A DNA stretch of 63,102 nt, counting the filler, from Collodictyon triciliatum (taxonomy: Eukaryota), in NCBI GenBank assembly GCA_043381765.1. It is 11 parts of 11 records of this genome, joined end to end, with 100 filler letters (N's around TTAATTAATTAA, not from the genome) between each part and the next. Parts side by side here need not be neighbours in the genome. Positions count along the whole stretch, not along the records: positions 35,072 to 40,812 come from JBHJMP010004985.1; positions 40,913 to 46,653 come from JBHJMP010004986.1; positions 46,754 to 52,490 come from JBHJMP010004987.1; 8 more parts are not named here. One strand, given 5' to 3'. This document shows, piece by piece, positions 35,549 to 48,067 of the stretch. How positions within the stretch are numbered: position 1 is the first letter of the stretch; each line of letters starts with the position of its first letter. The position numbers and the translations under genes were made by a program. The notes under the pieces were generated by a model. The model made no database searches. It had not been told where the DNA came from and saw only the letters and a program-made list of their open reading frames with translations.

Positions 35549-38500
35549 TTAAGCTGTGGCTTTCTGTCTCCACTCAGCAGCTTTCTCGGTGTCCTTCTCA
35601 ACACCCCATCCATTCTCATAGCATTCAGCCATCATTTGAGCCTGGAACTTGGTGAACTTGCCCTGCTCACAATGGGCAGCAAAGTCCGCATCAAAGGAAG
35701 CAGCACCGATAGAAAGTAGGAGGGATTTGTTGAATTGACTCAATCCCGTGACATTTCTGATTTGAATGCTTCCACCTTGCAGCTTTCTTGGGCCGATAAT
35801 CTGGACTGTCTTTGCATCTTGGATTCTATTGGTGTCAATCATGTTCATCGCGTCACTTGTTCTGTTGAATACTGCGAAGACTTCGTCCGGCTTTTCTTTG
35901 TTGACAAGGTATTTTCCTTGGGTGTAAGTCACTTCTGATTTTTGCACACTGTGTGTTTGACTTCCAGTGGCTACATCCCAAATACGTATAGTCTTATCAT
36001 CGCTTCCAGAAGCCAGCCAATTTTCACCATTCGGTCCTTGAATACTGCAAACACTATTGACCCAATTTGTATGTCCACGTAATGTTTTGATTTGGTTTCC
36101 TGTGGTTACATCCCAAATACGTATTGTATTATCATCGCTTCCAGAAGCCAACCACTTTTCACCATTCGGTCCTTGAATACTGCAAACACTTCTGACATAA
36201 TCTGTATGTCCTTCTAATGTTTTGATTTGGTTTCCTGTGGCTATATCCCAAATTCGAATTGTGTTATCACGACTTCCAGATGCCAACCAATTCTCACCAT
36301 TCGGTCCTTGAATACCGCAAACACTCATGACAGGTTTTGTATGACCTTCTAATGTTTTGATTTGGTGTCCTGTCGCTACATCCCAAATACGTATTGTTTT
36401 ATCATGACTTCCAGAAGCCAGCCAATATTCACCATTCGGTCCTTGAATAGTGCAAACACTCCTGACAGGATTTGTATGACCTTTTAGTGTTTTGATTTGG
36501 TTACCTGTGGCTACATCCCAAATAATTATTGTATCATCCCCACTTCCAGAAGCCAACCAATTTTCATCATTCAGTCCTTGAATACTGCAAACACTATTGA
36601 CTGGCTCTCTATGACCTTCTAATGTTTTTATTTGGTTTCCTGTGGCTACATCCCAAATATGTATTGTTTTATCATTACTTCCAGAAGCCAGCCAATTTTC
36701 GCCATTCGGTCCTTGAATACTGCAAACACTAGTGACAGGCCTTGTATGACCTTCTAATGTTTTTATTTGGTTTCCCGTGGCTATATCCCAAACACGTATA
36801 GTTTTATCTTCACCTCCAGAAGCCAACCAATTTTCATCATTCGGTCCTTGAATACTCCAAACACTATTAACACCATTTGTATGACCTTCTAATGTTTTGA
36901 TTTGGTTTCCTGTGGCTACATCCCAAATACGTATTGTTCTATCACCACTTCCAGAAGCCAGCCAATTTTCACCATTCGATCCTTGAATACTGCAAACACT
37001 AAAGACCCAATTTGTATGACCTTCTAATATTTTGATTTGGTTTCCTGTGTCTAAATCCCAAATACGTATTGTTTTATCATCACTTCCAGAAGCCAACCAG
37101 CTTTCACCATTCGGTCCTTGAATACTGCAAACACTATATACAGAACTTGTATGACCTTCTAATGTTTTGATTTGGTTTCCTGTGGCTACATCCCAAACAC
37201 GTATTGTTGCATCATCACCACTTCCAGAAGCCAGCCAATATTCGCCATTCGGTCCTTGAATACTGCAAACACTCCAGATAGGTCCTCTATGGTCTTCCAA
37301 TCTTTTGATATGGTTTCCTGTGGCTACATCCCAAATAAGTATTGTTTCATCACCACCCCCAGAAGCCAACCACTTTTCACCATTCGGTCCTTGAATGCTG
37401 CAAACACTCATGACAGCATTTGCATGACCTTCTAATGTTTTGATTTGGTTTCCCGTGGCTACATCCCAAATACGTATTGTATTATCATGACTTCCAGAAG
37501 CCAGCCAATTTTCACCATTCGGTCCTTGAATACTGCAAACACTATTGACAGAATCTGTATGACCTTCCAATGTTTTGATTTGGTTTCCTGCAACCACATC
37601 CCAAATACGTATTGTGTTATCACTACTTACAATAGAAGCCAGCCACTTTTCACCATTCGGTCCTTGAATGCTGCAAACACTCCTGACAGAACTTGTATGA
37701 CCTTCTAATGTTTTGATTTGGTTTCCTGTGGCTACATCCCAAATACGTATTGTGTTATCACGACTTCCAGAAGCCAACCAATTTTCACCATTTGGTCCTT
37801 GAATAGAGCAAACACTATAGACAGAACTTGTATGTCCTTCTAGTTTATCATGGGGAATTCCGAATTTCACATTATTCATATTCGCATTATCAAAAACACA
37901 ATCACCAAGCATCGAATTCGTGAAATCAACACCATCCAAGTTGGCACCAGTGAGCTTTGCACCATCAAGGATTGAGTTACTGAGATTTGCATGTGGAATA
38001 TTGATGTTTGATAAATCCATTCCACCGAACGAAACATTCATGAAATTCAAAAGTGTGATGGCATTAGATGCAGCCTTTGATTTGCTTTCATCAGTCTTTG
38101 ACATGCAGACAATGCTGAATAATGATACAATAATTTGTTCACGATTCCATTCCTCATCCAGCTTTGCATCATCAAGAGTTTCACAGATGAATTCCTTGAC
38201 TCTTGTAAAATCGACAGGCTCTTTGTTGATTCCGATTTCTTTTGAATGGACGGACAAGTATTCGCACGAGTTTAATGTTCTGGGGTGAATCCATCCGAGT
38301 TTATCAGCAAGTCTGTCTCTCATCTCATCCCAGAATGCCACTGCTTCGTCATGTAGCTTATTCTGTTTGCAGTATTGGTACGCTTTCTCACAAGCCACCC
38401 AGCAGTCCCAATTTTCATAGGATGACTTTTCACCATGTCTAACAGCAGCTGTTTTGTAAAGCTGAATGGCGGCTTCATGCTCTTTCTTGTCTTTCATGAA

Positions 38501-40812
38501 AAGGATAATGTTGTCAATCTGATGGGTGTCTTTCAGTGACATTACAGTGTGTGTCTCCTTTCTGATAGCAGCTGCCTTCTGGAAGTATTCCACGACTTGG
38601 TCCAATCTAAATGAAGGTATATTAGTTATTATTTATTCATATTTTGCAATTGTTAATCAAAATATTCGATTCATATAATAATAGAGAAATTTACCTTTGA
38701 AGCTCAAAGTTTGTTCGGCCAACATATTCCAGAAAGCCAGCATTATCAATATCCGAAACCGTAAATCCTTTCATATCGATGTTGAAATCCTCGACATCTT
38801 TGCTGAAGTCCAACAGGAAAACATTTGCCAGCCTTGTTCTCTCGTGAATCCATCCAAGTTTATCAGCGAATATGTCTCTCATATCAGCCCAAAATTCGAC
38901 GCCACTTTCATGTAGGTTGTTATCCTTGCAGTGTTGGTGTGCAGTCTCACAAGCCACCCAGCAGTCCCAGTTTTCATAGGAGGACTTCTCACCATGTCTG
39001 ACAGCAGCTGTTTTGTAAAGCTGAATGGCGGCTTCATGCTCCTTCTTGTCCTTCATGAGGCGGATAATGTTGTCAATTTGTGAGCCATCTTTCAGTGACA
39101 TGATGGTCTTGGTCTCCTTTCTGAACGCAGCTGCCTTTTGGAAGCAATCAACACATTGAGCAGAACTAGATGTATGTGCATTAGTTAATATTTATTGTTT
39201 TTACTGGTTTTAATAAAATATTTAATTTCTTTTAATATAAAGAGAAAAAAAACCTTTGAAGCTCAAAATTTGTTCGGCCAACATTCTCCAGGGAAGTCGC
39301 ATAATCAGCATGTTTTTCGCCCAGTGTTCTCACGCGAATATCCAGCGTCTTCGTATAGGCCTCCAAAGCACCCTTAAAGCTAGGATAATGTGAGTAAATA
39401 CATTATAGTTGCTTCAATTAAAAATATAAATAATTTATAGAAAGAGATACTCTTTCAAATCATAGCTGATGTCTCCAATCATTTCATAGCAGGCCACGAC
39501 ATTTGAATGATTTTCACCCAGGGCAAACATGAAAATATCCAGCGATTGCTTTAATGAGGATAAGGCCTCAGTTTTCCTATATAAGGTAAAAGTAATTGAT
39601 ATTTATATAATTAATTAGAATTATATGATGCATAATTTTAACCCCAAATAGAGTCCATACAATGAAACATATGAAGCCAAATATATTTTGCAAAAATTGA
39701 ATGAAAATTATTATTGTTTTATGAAAATATCTGTAATTTAGAAATTCAAACTTTCCACTGGCAAGATGAACGTTTGCAATGAACTGGATTGTCGAGGCAA
39801 CAGATGCATGCTTAGCTCCCAGCGATTTTTCAAGGATTGATTTTGCCTTTTCGTAGTTTTCAATAGACTCTTCATACCTTGGTGATTCAATCATATTAAT
39901 ATTTCTCATATTATAATCATATATAAAACCGCCATTAATGGATATATGTGCTACTTTTTCCCAGCCAGGGAGACATGGCCATAGTTCTGGTACGATGTTG
40001 CGACAAGAGGATGCTCGTTTCCAACTTTCTTTTGGCGGATTTCCATGGCCTTTGTGTATTCAACCAGAGCTTGCTCATTCCTATCATAAAAAATTGATCA
40101 GCATGCACATATTTACAAAAATAAAAAGCGGAATATTAACGTATATAGATGAATCAATTATTACTTTGACTGCTTCACATAGATGTCTCCAAAGCGGTCA
40201 TGTGATTGGGCCACTTGCAAGTCGTTCTCGCCCAGTTGTTTGATTCTCAATTCCAGTGATTTCTTGTATTCATCAAGAGCTTCATCAATCCTATTTCATG
40301 ATAAGCAAATCATAATAATTCCTTTTTGAAACATTATTCATAATTTATTTAACGATGGAAGAGAGCCTTACTTATCCTGTTGCTGGTAGATGATTCCCAT
40401 CTCTTCATGAATGGTAGCGATACGCAGGGAATCATCTGCATTTTTCTCAAGGGCATCGAGACATTTCTTGTAGTAGACCATGGACTCAGCCCAGCTGTTT
40501 TATTTTTATTTTATTTTAGAAAAGTTAGCATTATAAACATCATTTCATGTATTACTTTTAATCATTATTTTATTTTTATTTTTTTACTTTTGGAGGTTCT
40601 TGTAGACACGACCAAGATTCAGGTAATCAGCAGCCTTTGCATCTGTAATTTGATAAATTATTGAACGTATCCATATATAACTCATATTCATGACATAAAT
40701 TCTTCAAAAATACAATAAATTGCATACCTTCTGTCTGATGCTTTCCAAGACGCACATTCAGAACAGACAACAAGAACGAATTCTCAAAAGACTCCAAGAA
40801 AAATCCAACCAG
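35549..40812 (-). CDS. TPR array, duplicated helical module, pentapeptide repeats, 14 WD40 repeats and a SEL1-like tail; 5' truncated
   Basis: Six phase-2 TPR exons (39254-40494) splice in frame to exon 38695-39166 and then to the 1018-aa terminal exon: AASNAITLL...MDLSNINIPHANLS, WD40 x14, MAECYENGWGVEKDTEKAAEW. Confidence 0.88.
35960..37845 (-). repeat. 14 near-identical 135-138 bp WD40 coding repeats
   Basis: 45-aa unit GHTxxVxSVCSIQGPNGENWLASGSxDxTIRIWDVATGNQIKTLE. Confidence 0.95.
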
Positions 40813-40912
40813 NNNNNNNNNNNNNNNNNNNNNNNNNNNNNNNNNNNNNNNNNNNNTTAATTAATTAANNNNNNNNNNNNNNNNNNNNNNNNNNNNNNNN
40901 NNNNNNNNNNNN

Positions 40913-41034
40913 TGTATGTATGTATGTATGTATGTATGTATGTATGTATGTATGTATGTATGTATGTATGTATGTATGTATGTATGTATGTATGTATGTA
41001 TGTATGTATGTATGTATGTATGTATGTATGTATG
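40913..41034. repeat. (TGTA)n microsatellite at the scaffold edge
   Basis: Read directly. Confidence 0.95.
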
Positions 41035-41046
41035 CGTGAAATATAC

Positions 41047-42803
41047 ATTCTCTGTTCGATTAAGATTTTCCATGGAATCATCAGATAGTGTGGAGCGCTC
41101 AGTGGACGGTAAATCTATAGGCGGGAGTGACAATGCAATAGACTGGCGCTTATCCTAAAAAATATTAATGTGATAAACTTATGTCATATTGTAAAAAGAT
41201 ACTAGATTACAAGCCAACATCCCCACCATCTTGCACATAATTGAAATGAAGAATAAAAAAAAATACTAGATTACAAGAGGTTATTAATTTATACCTTTCT
41301 ACTTTTTGGAGAAGTAACAGGATTTGAAATGGGCTCAGGGTCGAGGCAGGTGTTTTCCCTGACGATGTCAGCACATATGTCGCCGCTCATCAAACGCAAA
41401 TGCTCCAATCCTATTTGACACAGTGACCATCCATAAATTTGCATTTCTATTATTATTATTATCATTATATATGTGATTGTAATGTTCGAAATACAAAAAC
41501 TTAATACAAACCAATGATTGCCTCAAGAAGGTCGTAGAAATAGTCAAAGTAAGGATGTCTCGTTAGGAAGCAATAGCAGACAGGAGAAAAGATACTATGC
41601 TTCCTCAAGGAGCTTTCTGAAGAATTATCCTTTATTTAAAGGATGCAAGTTTGTGAATTGAATCACCGATGAAATATTGTTTGCAAAAATAGAAAAAAAA
41701 AGCCAAATCTAAAAGAGTATAGAATATATTCGCTATTCAAGGACAAAAGTTACATACAGGTATGATATTCATGGTAGTGATGCAAATTCCATAAATATAT
41801 CCTTCCAGTGTATTCAAAACAAAAACATGGGATGATTGATTTCGAATTCCACGAGTGGATTGATAAACAAGCTCAAGAATGTTTGAAGCTGAAGGAGTCT
41901 TGCGAACAAAATGCAATTTTGCGCCGCTAGGAAAGCAGAATGGGGTTGCATCTGAGCCCAGAGAAGTTCTACATAGTCGAATAAGTAATGAGCATATGGT
42001 GGTCGGCCTGTTATCACTCTCTCTTTTTTATTTTAGAGAATCAATAAAGTCGCTCTATTGGAAAAATAAAACCGCAAAGTAAAATAAAATATAAAGTTGG
42101 GTTTGAGTGAGATAAAAGGAGAGATGGATTTAATATCACAGACTCTGTCGATGGATATTGGAAGAACAGCTTCGGCTCAAATGTTCTGTCCTTCACCATA
42201 GGATCATCGCGGTACTCGTCGATGGTCTCGTTTGGAACACCAACAACAAGGAATAGTTCGTAAAGATCCCCAACACCAATCTTTCGGCTGCGCAGTTCAT
42301 TTCGGTGAAGTAGGTAACTCTCACGCTTCTCTGCTGCCAGTGCCTCCGCCTGGAACCAGATGTCGCTATGGGGAAACAAGACAAAGATGTTTGGTCGTGA
42401 TAAAACTCTCATACTGCATTTCAAAAAAAACAACAACACAAAACAAATAAGCAAAAAGCAAAAATGAAACAAAAAACATGAATAAAATGCGTAAATAAAA
42501 AGAAAAAGAAAAAGAAAAAGAAAAAGAAAAAGAAAAAGAAAAAGAATAAAACAAGAAAGAAAAGTAAAAATAAAGTAATAAAGTAATAAAGTATAAAAAA
42601 GTATAAAAAAGTATAAAAAAGTATAAAAAAGTATAAAAAAAGTTTAAGAAAAGTTTAAGAAAGTATAAAAAGTATTAAAAAAATATAAAATAAAATAAAA
42701 CCTCTCACGTCGGTGTCTTCTGTTGAACTGTCGGGTGAAGCGCCTTTGATTGACACGCTGCCTCTCATACACGGACATCGCGAAGCAACTGAGCCTTCAA
42801 TAT
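41047..42803 (-). CDS. DENN-domain protein (Rab GEF family), N-terminal exons, 3' truncated
   Basis: LYELFLVVG, FEPKLFFQYP, PFCFPSG...KTPSASNILE, HVFVL...YGIC and CYCFLTRHPYFDYFYDLL in spliced exons; 5' exon structure ambiguous. Confidence 0.8.
41199..41277 (+). mobile_element. 49-bp poly(A)-tailed retro-insertion with 15-bp TSD, in a DENN intron
   Basis: ATACTAGATTACAAG at 41199-41213 and 41263-41277 flanks CCAACATCCCCACC...GAAGAATAAAAAAAA. Confidence 0.8.
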
Positions 42804-43123
42804 CTTAATAATGTTAGCATGAATCACAGGAGGACAAAACCCCCATAAGCCTGGAGCCGATCAAAGCGACAGTTCCCGTCCAAAGCCTCTGTCCATCTTT
42901 CCAAAAGGTATACGATCGCAGGAAAAGGAAGAGAGAACACGACAAACTGACCCACTGGCATTTGTGAATCAGCCCGGATATACCTGTCGCCTTTGACACT
43001 TTCATTGCCGTTGCGTTATCCTGTAAAAAGACAAAGACAAATACGCCAATCTCATCAATGCTCAACTAATCCCATCTTTATCAGAGCCCCATCAGCACCC
43101 ATGAAAGCAACGACACAGGGTAA

Positions 43124-45795
43124 TCAACGCACACTCTCCAGAGTCCTATCCGGGAAGGCCATCACAACCACCGAGATGTTATCAGTGGAGCCGTTTGCAT
43201 AGGCGGCATTCCTGAAGCGCCGCGCAAGCACACGCGGGTTGAAGTCTGGAGTCTGTGGGAGCGACGAGGGAGTCTGCCTAGATGAGCGACGGGACGATTT
43301 GCGGGACGGAGCCGGATGAAATGCCGGCCAGACCGAAGGCAGATGGGCGGGTTCGTAGGCATCCCAAAGCCCATCACAGGCCAACACAAGGACGCAGACA
43401 GAGCCAGGCGCACGAGCCAGCCGAATCGAGTCTGATTCCATCCGTGGCTGCACAGCTGGGCGCAGAATATGGTTTCCAAAGGCACGAGAGACAGCAAGAA
43501 TCCCATTCACACGGCCGTCACCAGACACAAACGCCCCGCCAGCCTCCACACGAGCCCGTTCTGCGGGGTCGCTCGGGCGCACACAGCGTGTCTCGTAGGC
43601 CAGCCGAATGTCGGATGCGAAGCCGTGCATCGGCGACGAGACAAAGCCAGAATCTTCCAGCGCCAGAGTCGGCTCGGAGAGCAGAGGCCCGCTTGGGGGC
43701 GAGTAGACATAAAGGGCTGCGCGGCAATCGCCAATCGCCCCCACGGCAATCTGGTGGATGTCTGGTCGCGGCTGCACATAAGCAAAGACGGCACAGGCGC
43801 CTCCAGGAACACGGGCATCGCGCATGGAGTCATCCACTTGGTCCACAGCGTCGTGCAAGGCTCGGCGCGGCTCGGCGCCAAAGCGGATTGCATCGCGGAT
43901 GGCAGATCCGATTCGCATGCTGACTATCTTGCTGCATGCACCGCCACCGCCATGGCCGTCAACAACGCCGACAAGGACGGTGGATTCCACGTGAGTTCCC
44001 TGCCGGATTTTTAGCGATGGGATGGGCGGGTTGGCAGGGTCTGGGATGCGTGTGAGGACAACGTGGTTCTCCATTTCCTTCCGCTTGCCTTGCATCTCGG
44101 CCACGCCCACGGAGATGTGCCATTCGTGTAGCTTTGCAGGGACAGCCGCCTCCGTCTCCTTTCGAGGCGGAAGGAGGGGCTCAGAGCTTCGCCGGATTTG
44201 CAGGAGGCGGTAGGCTACGATTGTGTCCCACTTCATGACTTGGCCGATGATGTCGTCCCACAGAATGGACGCGACAATGCGGTTGCGATCGAGTCGCGCC
44301 TGCCAATCGCCGCTGAGCAACTCAGATTGGTCAATCCTCTCATCTTCTGCTGTTCTACTGAAAGGCACGGCCGCTTGTTGGTCGGGTATTGTGGGTGGAA
44401 GAAGGGCTGGATGTAGGATAGAGAGAGGGATGTTGAGGCGATGCCCATCAGCGCGAAGAAGCACGTATTGGATGCTTGGTCGAGTGTCGAGAAGTGCAGC
44501 CACTGGCGAGTGGATGGACGGCACGATGGATTGTGGGATGCCTCGTAGGTCCAAGACCACCAGCCCGCTTCCAGATTGCGAGTGCAGTGATGAAAGCATC
44601 TGGACAATACCAGTGGTTGTTGCATCGGGCCCCACACAGCCGAGCCATCTAATCAGTGTGCGTGGTTTGGACTCGTCATGCTCTGAAATGACCTCGTCGG
44701 CCTCGCCAAGAAGCTTCCACAGTTCCGTTTTGGCTCGGCGAGCTTCCTCCGAATCCCCCGCGTCATGGCAGAAGCCTATACCGCCATGGACTCCCACACC
44801 CCACATTTTGCGCTTGTGAGCTGCTTCCATCACCCCAGCATAGCCCGTGGCGTCTAAGTTACACCCGCCCACAAAGATTGCCCCAATGGCCCCGACCTCT
44901 TCCAGCGCCTTCCAGATGATTGCTTTGCCATCTGATCCCAGTGGAATCCCGCTTTCATGGAGTTGCACATTGTGGTTTAATGTACCGCGATGGGAGAGTG
45001 TGATATGAAATGAAATCAGATAAAATGAAAGAAGAGTATTATTAAGAAGAATGAAATAAATGGATAACGAAGTCGATAGCATATTAGACATCAACAAAAA
45101 AAATTAAATAAAATATAGAAACCATAAAAAAGATAATAGATAAACAGATAAAAGATGAGATAAGAAGAGATAAGAAGAGATAAGAAGAGATAAGAAGAGA
45201 AAAAGAAGAGAAAAAGAAGAGAAAAAGAAGAGAAAAAGAAGAGAAAAAGAAGAGAAAAAGAAGAGAAAAAGAAGAGAAAAAGAAGAGAAAAAGAAGAGAA
45301 AAAGAAGAATAAAAAGATAGCAAAAGGTAGCAAAAGTAAAAGAGTAAAAAAAAATTGAAAATAACTTAATAGCAGTTCGACATAATGCATACACATACAC
45401 ATAAAAAAAAAAACATACGAGAGGTCCAACGAAAGGGTTTTCTGCTCCGGTGGAATTGATGAAAGCGTTTCTTGCAACCGACTCAGGATAGCATTCACGG
45501 TCACCGCTGCGTTCCCACCGCTCTGCGAGTAAACACGCTTCGACTCCTCCGCAACAACGGTGTAAAGATACTCAGCCACTGCCGTTTATCAAAACTTTTT
45601 TTGAGTTGACAGGCGGCAAAATAACATTGAAATGAGAAGAAGAAGAAAAAAAAAGACATGCGTTGGAAATCTGCTGGCGTGGGTAGGGCGCTGAAGTAAC
45701 AAAATATAAAAGTATAACTCATATACACAAAACACTGAACCAAAACCTGGGTTGGGGAACGGCGTGCGGTAAAAATACGAATATACTCCGCCCAT
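43124..45795 (-). CDS. PP2C (PPM) phosphatase with degenerate N-terminal LRR-like region and possible N-myristoylation; 4 exons
   Basis: MGGVYS start and three frame-preserving introns. GKRKEMEN, GVVDGHGG, IGDCRA, RVNGILAVSRAFG, LACDGLWD and GSTDNISVVV motifs; LSLDLSGIPLG and LVVLDLRG LRR-like segments. Confidence 0.85.
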
Positions 45796-46406
45796 CTTCC
45801 TGCTCCGATACTACTGTTCCCTTCTCTGCTGTTGTTTTTCCTTAGAAAGTTTTACTTTGTCACATACGATGAACAAGAAAAACCAAAGAACCGCCTCAAG
45901 CAGGCACCCTTTACTCCTGCCCACAGAGGCTCTGCAGCGAATCCTGATCACTAGTTGTGCATTCGCCATGAGCGCTTCATTCTCTGCTTCACCCAGCAGC
46001 GATCGGATTCATCAGGAGAAGCAGGTCGGCGCTGCTTTGAGCGTCTTTATTCGCGGCAATGCGAGTATGGCCGAAATGCAGACAAAAGCAATCAAGGAAG
46101 ATACATAGACGAAGGCGCGAGAGCAAGTCACGAGACACACAGAAAGGCCAAGACATGGGAAAGTGAGGCAAAGCGGAAGGGAATTGAGGCATCTGCAGGA
46201 ATCCAGTGGCCTGTTGGGTCTTCTGTCCAGCCTTCCCTCAACAGAAAACTGCGGAAGCCCTCTGCCTCTTCTCCGCCTCCCAACTCGCGGAAGCGAAGCT
46301 CTTTTGTCGGATTCCAAACACTCGGGCCACTTGTTCTTGGTGGCAACTGGGAAGCTGCAGGTGCTTCGCGGCTCTTATGGACCGGTTGATTTGTCGGTTG
46401 GCTTGT

Positions 46407-46605
46407 TGGACGAGCTTCTGGACGAGCTTCTGAACGAGCTTCTGGGCGAACTTCTGGACGAACTTCTGGACGAGCTTCTGGACGAGCTTCTGGACGAGCT
46501 TCTGGACGAGCTTCTGGACGAACTTCTGGACGAGCTTCTGGACGAACTTCTGGACGAACTTCTGGACGAACTTCTGGACGAACTTCTGGACGAGCTTCTG
46601 GGCGA
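46407..46605. repeat. 12-bp minisatellite (TTCTGGACGARC)n, about 16 copies
   Basis: Read directly; translates as RPEA/RPEV, QKLV or LDEL depending on frame. Confidence 0.9.
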
Positions 46606-48067
46606 TCTGTGTCGTGATTACTTTCGTCCGAGTCGCTGCTAAGATCCACACACNNNNNNNNNNNNNNNNNNNNNNNNNNNNNNNNNNNNNNNNNNNNTTA
46701 ATTAATTAANNNNNNNNNNNNNNNNNNNNNNNNNNNNNNNNNNNNNNNNNNNNCCGAACTCATGAAAACCTCTAAATGTTAATCATGACATCCAAGTAAT
46801 GCAGAAGCGTCCGAAAATCGATTTGTATTAACAGAATTCGTAGCATTTAAGTCAACTTAAAGAAAGTACATTATATTCCGGATTTGTGGTATAATTTGTG
46901 GAATTTACATGTTAATAGTAGTATTTTCATAATAATCAATCATCATGATATTATGTATATAATTTTCATTTACATATATAGCAAATATAACATTTGGTTT
47001 TGCCAATTAGTTTCCTTCCGTGATTTTGTCTCAATTTTGAAATAATAATATCTGTGGTGCTCTGTGCCTTTCAGCCGAACCCATCATGTTCCTTTGTTTG
47101 TTTGTTGCCTTCTTCGATCACAGCTGCGACAGACGGTGCCTCCTGTTGGCCTCGAACTTTTTTCTATGTTTCTTTTTCTTTTCCTTTTTCTTTTCTTTTC
47201 TTTTTCTTTTCTTTTTCTTTTCTTTTTCTTTTTCTTTTTCTTTTTCTTTCTTTTCTTTTCATATTGAAACGATTTTGCTTCAGTCTCGAGCTGATCTTTT
47301 TTTTTTATTGCACCTATGGAATGAAATTGGGTATTGATTATGATTTCATCCTTATCACTATTGTTTTGCGAGAGTCCACTTGATTTATTAGTATTTGTCA
47401 TCTCAACATCCGAAATGATATTATTCTTATTCAGAAATGGGACTATAAGCGATATATTTTTAACCAAATCGAACACAAAAATTGAATAAATGAATCAAAT
47501 ATGAAGAAATCGCACACCCAAGAAAAGACAATCTTTGTGCTACGATAAAAAGAGAGCGTGTAGGTTCGATCAAGAGCAAAGAATAAAAGCTTTGGTTTTT
47601 ATATCCAAAAGTGTAAGTCTGATAACCTGGCATAGTTGAATGGCTTAAATACCAATGAATTAAAAACTACTGAAAAGTATATCAAGACTCAGAAAAGAAG
47701 CATTTCACTAATGAAGGCATTATTAGTTGTGTCAAGAACGGGACGTAGTTGCAAGATGGTTTGTGCACTAACCTTAATGATTCAAACACATACAGCATTG
47801 CACACTATTCATTATGTGGATAATGCAAGTTTTTTTTTTTATATCTTTGATTTCTTTTTGCTTCCGAAGGTAAATGCTTGCATCAACTTGGTAGTGAAGA
47901 GGAGGACGAGCCATACTGCACAGCTCAGGTTACAACCAACTTTTGCTTTTTTTTATTTATCGTAACTTAAAAATAGCCATCACGCCTTCTCACGTCACCT
48001 AATGTAAAGAAAGACCGGCACCTTGAATAAGCTGAATAATCCTCAGTTTGGTGGAAGACATCCATTC

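Noticed and set aside
47558-47575. GGTTCGATC B-box-like motif
   Set aside because: No T-stem pairing or cloverleaf around it.
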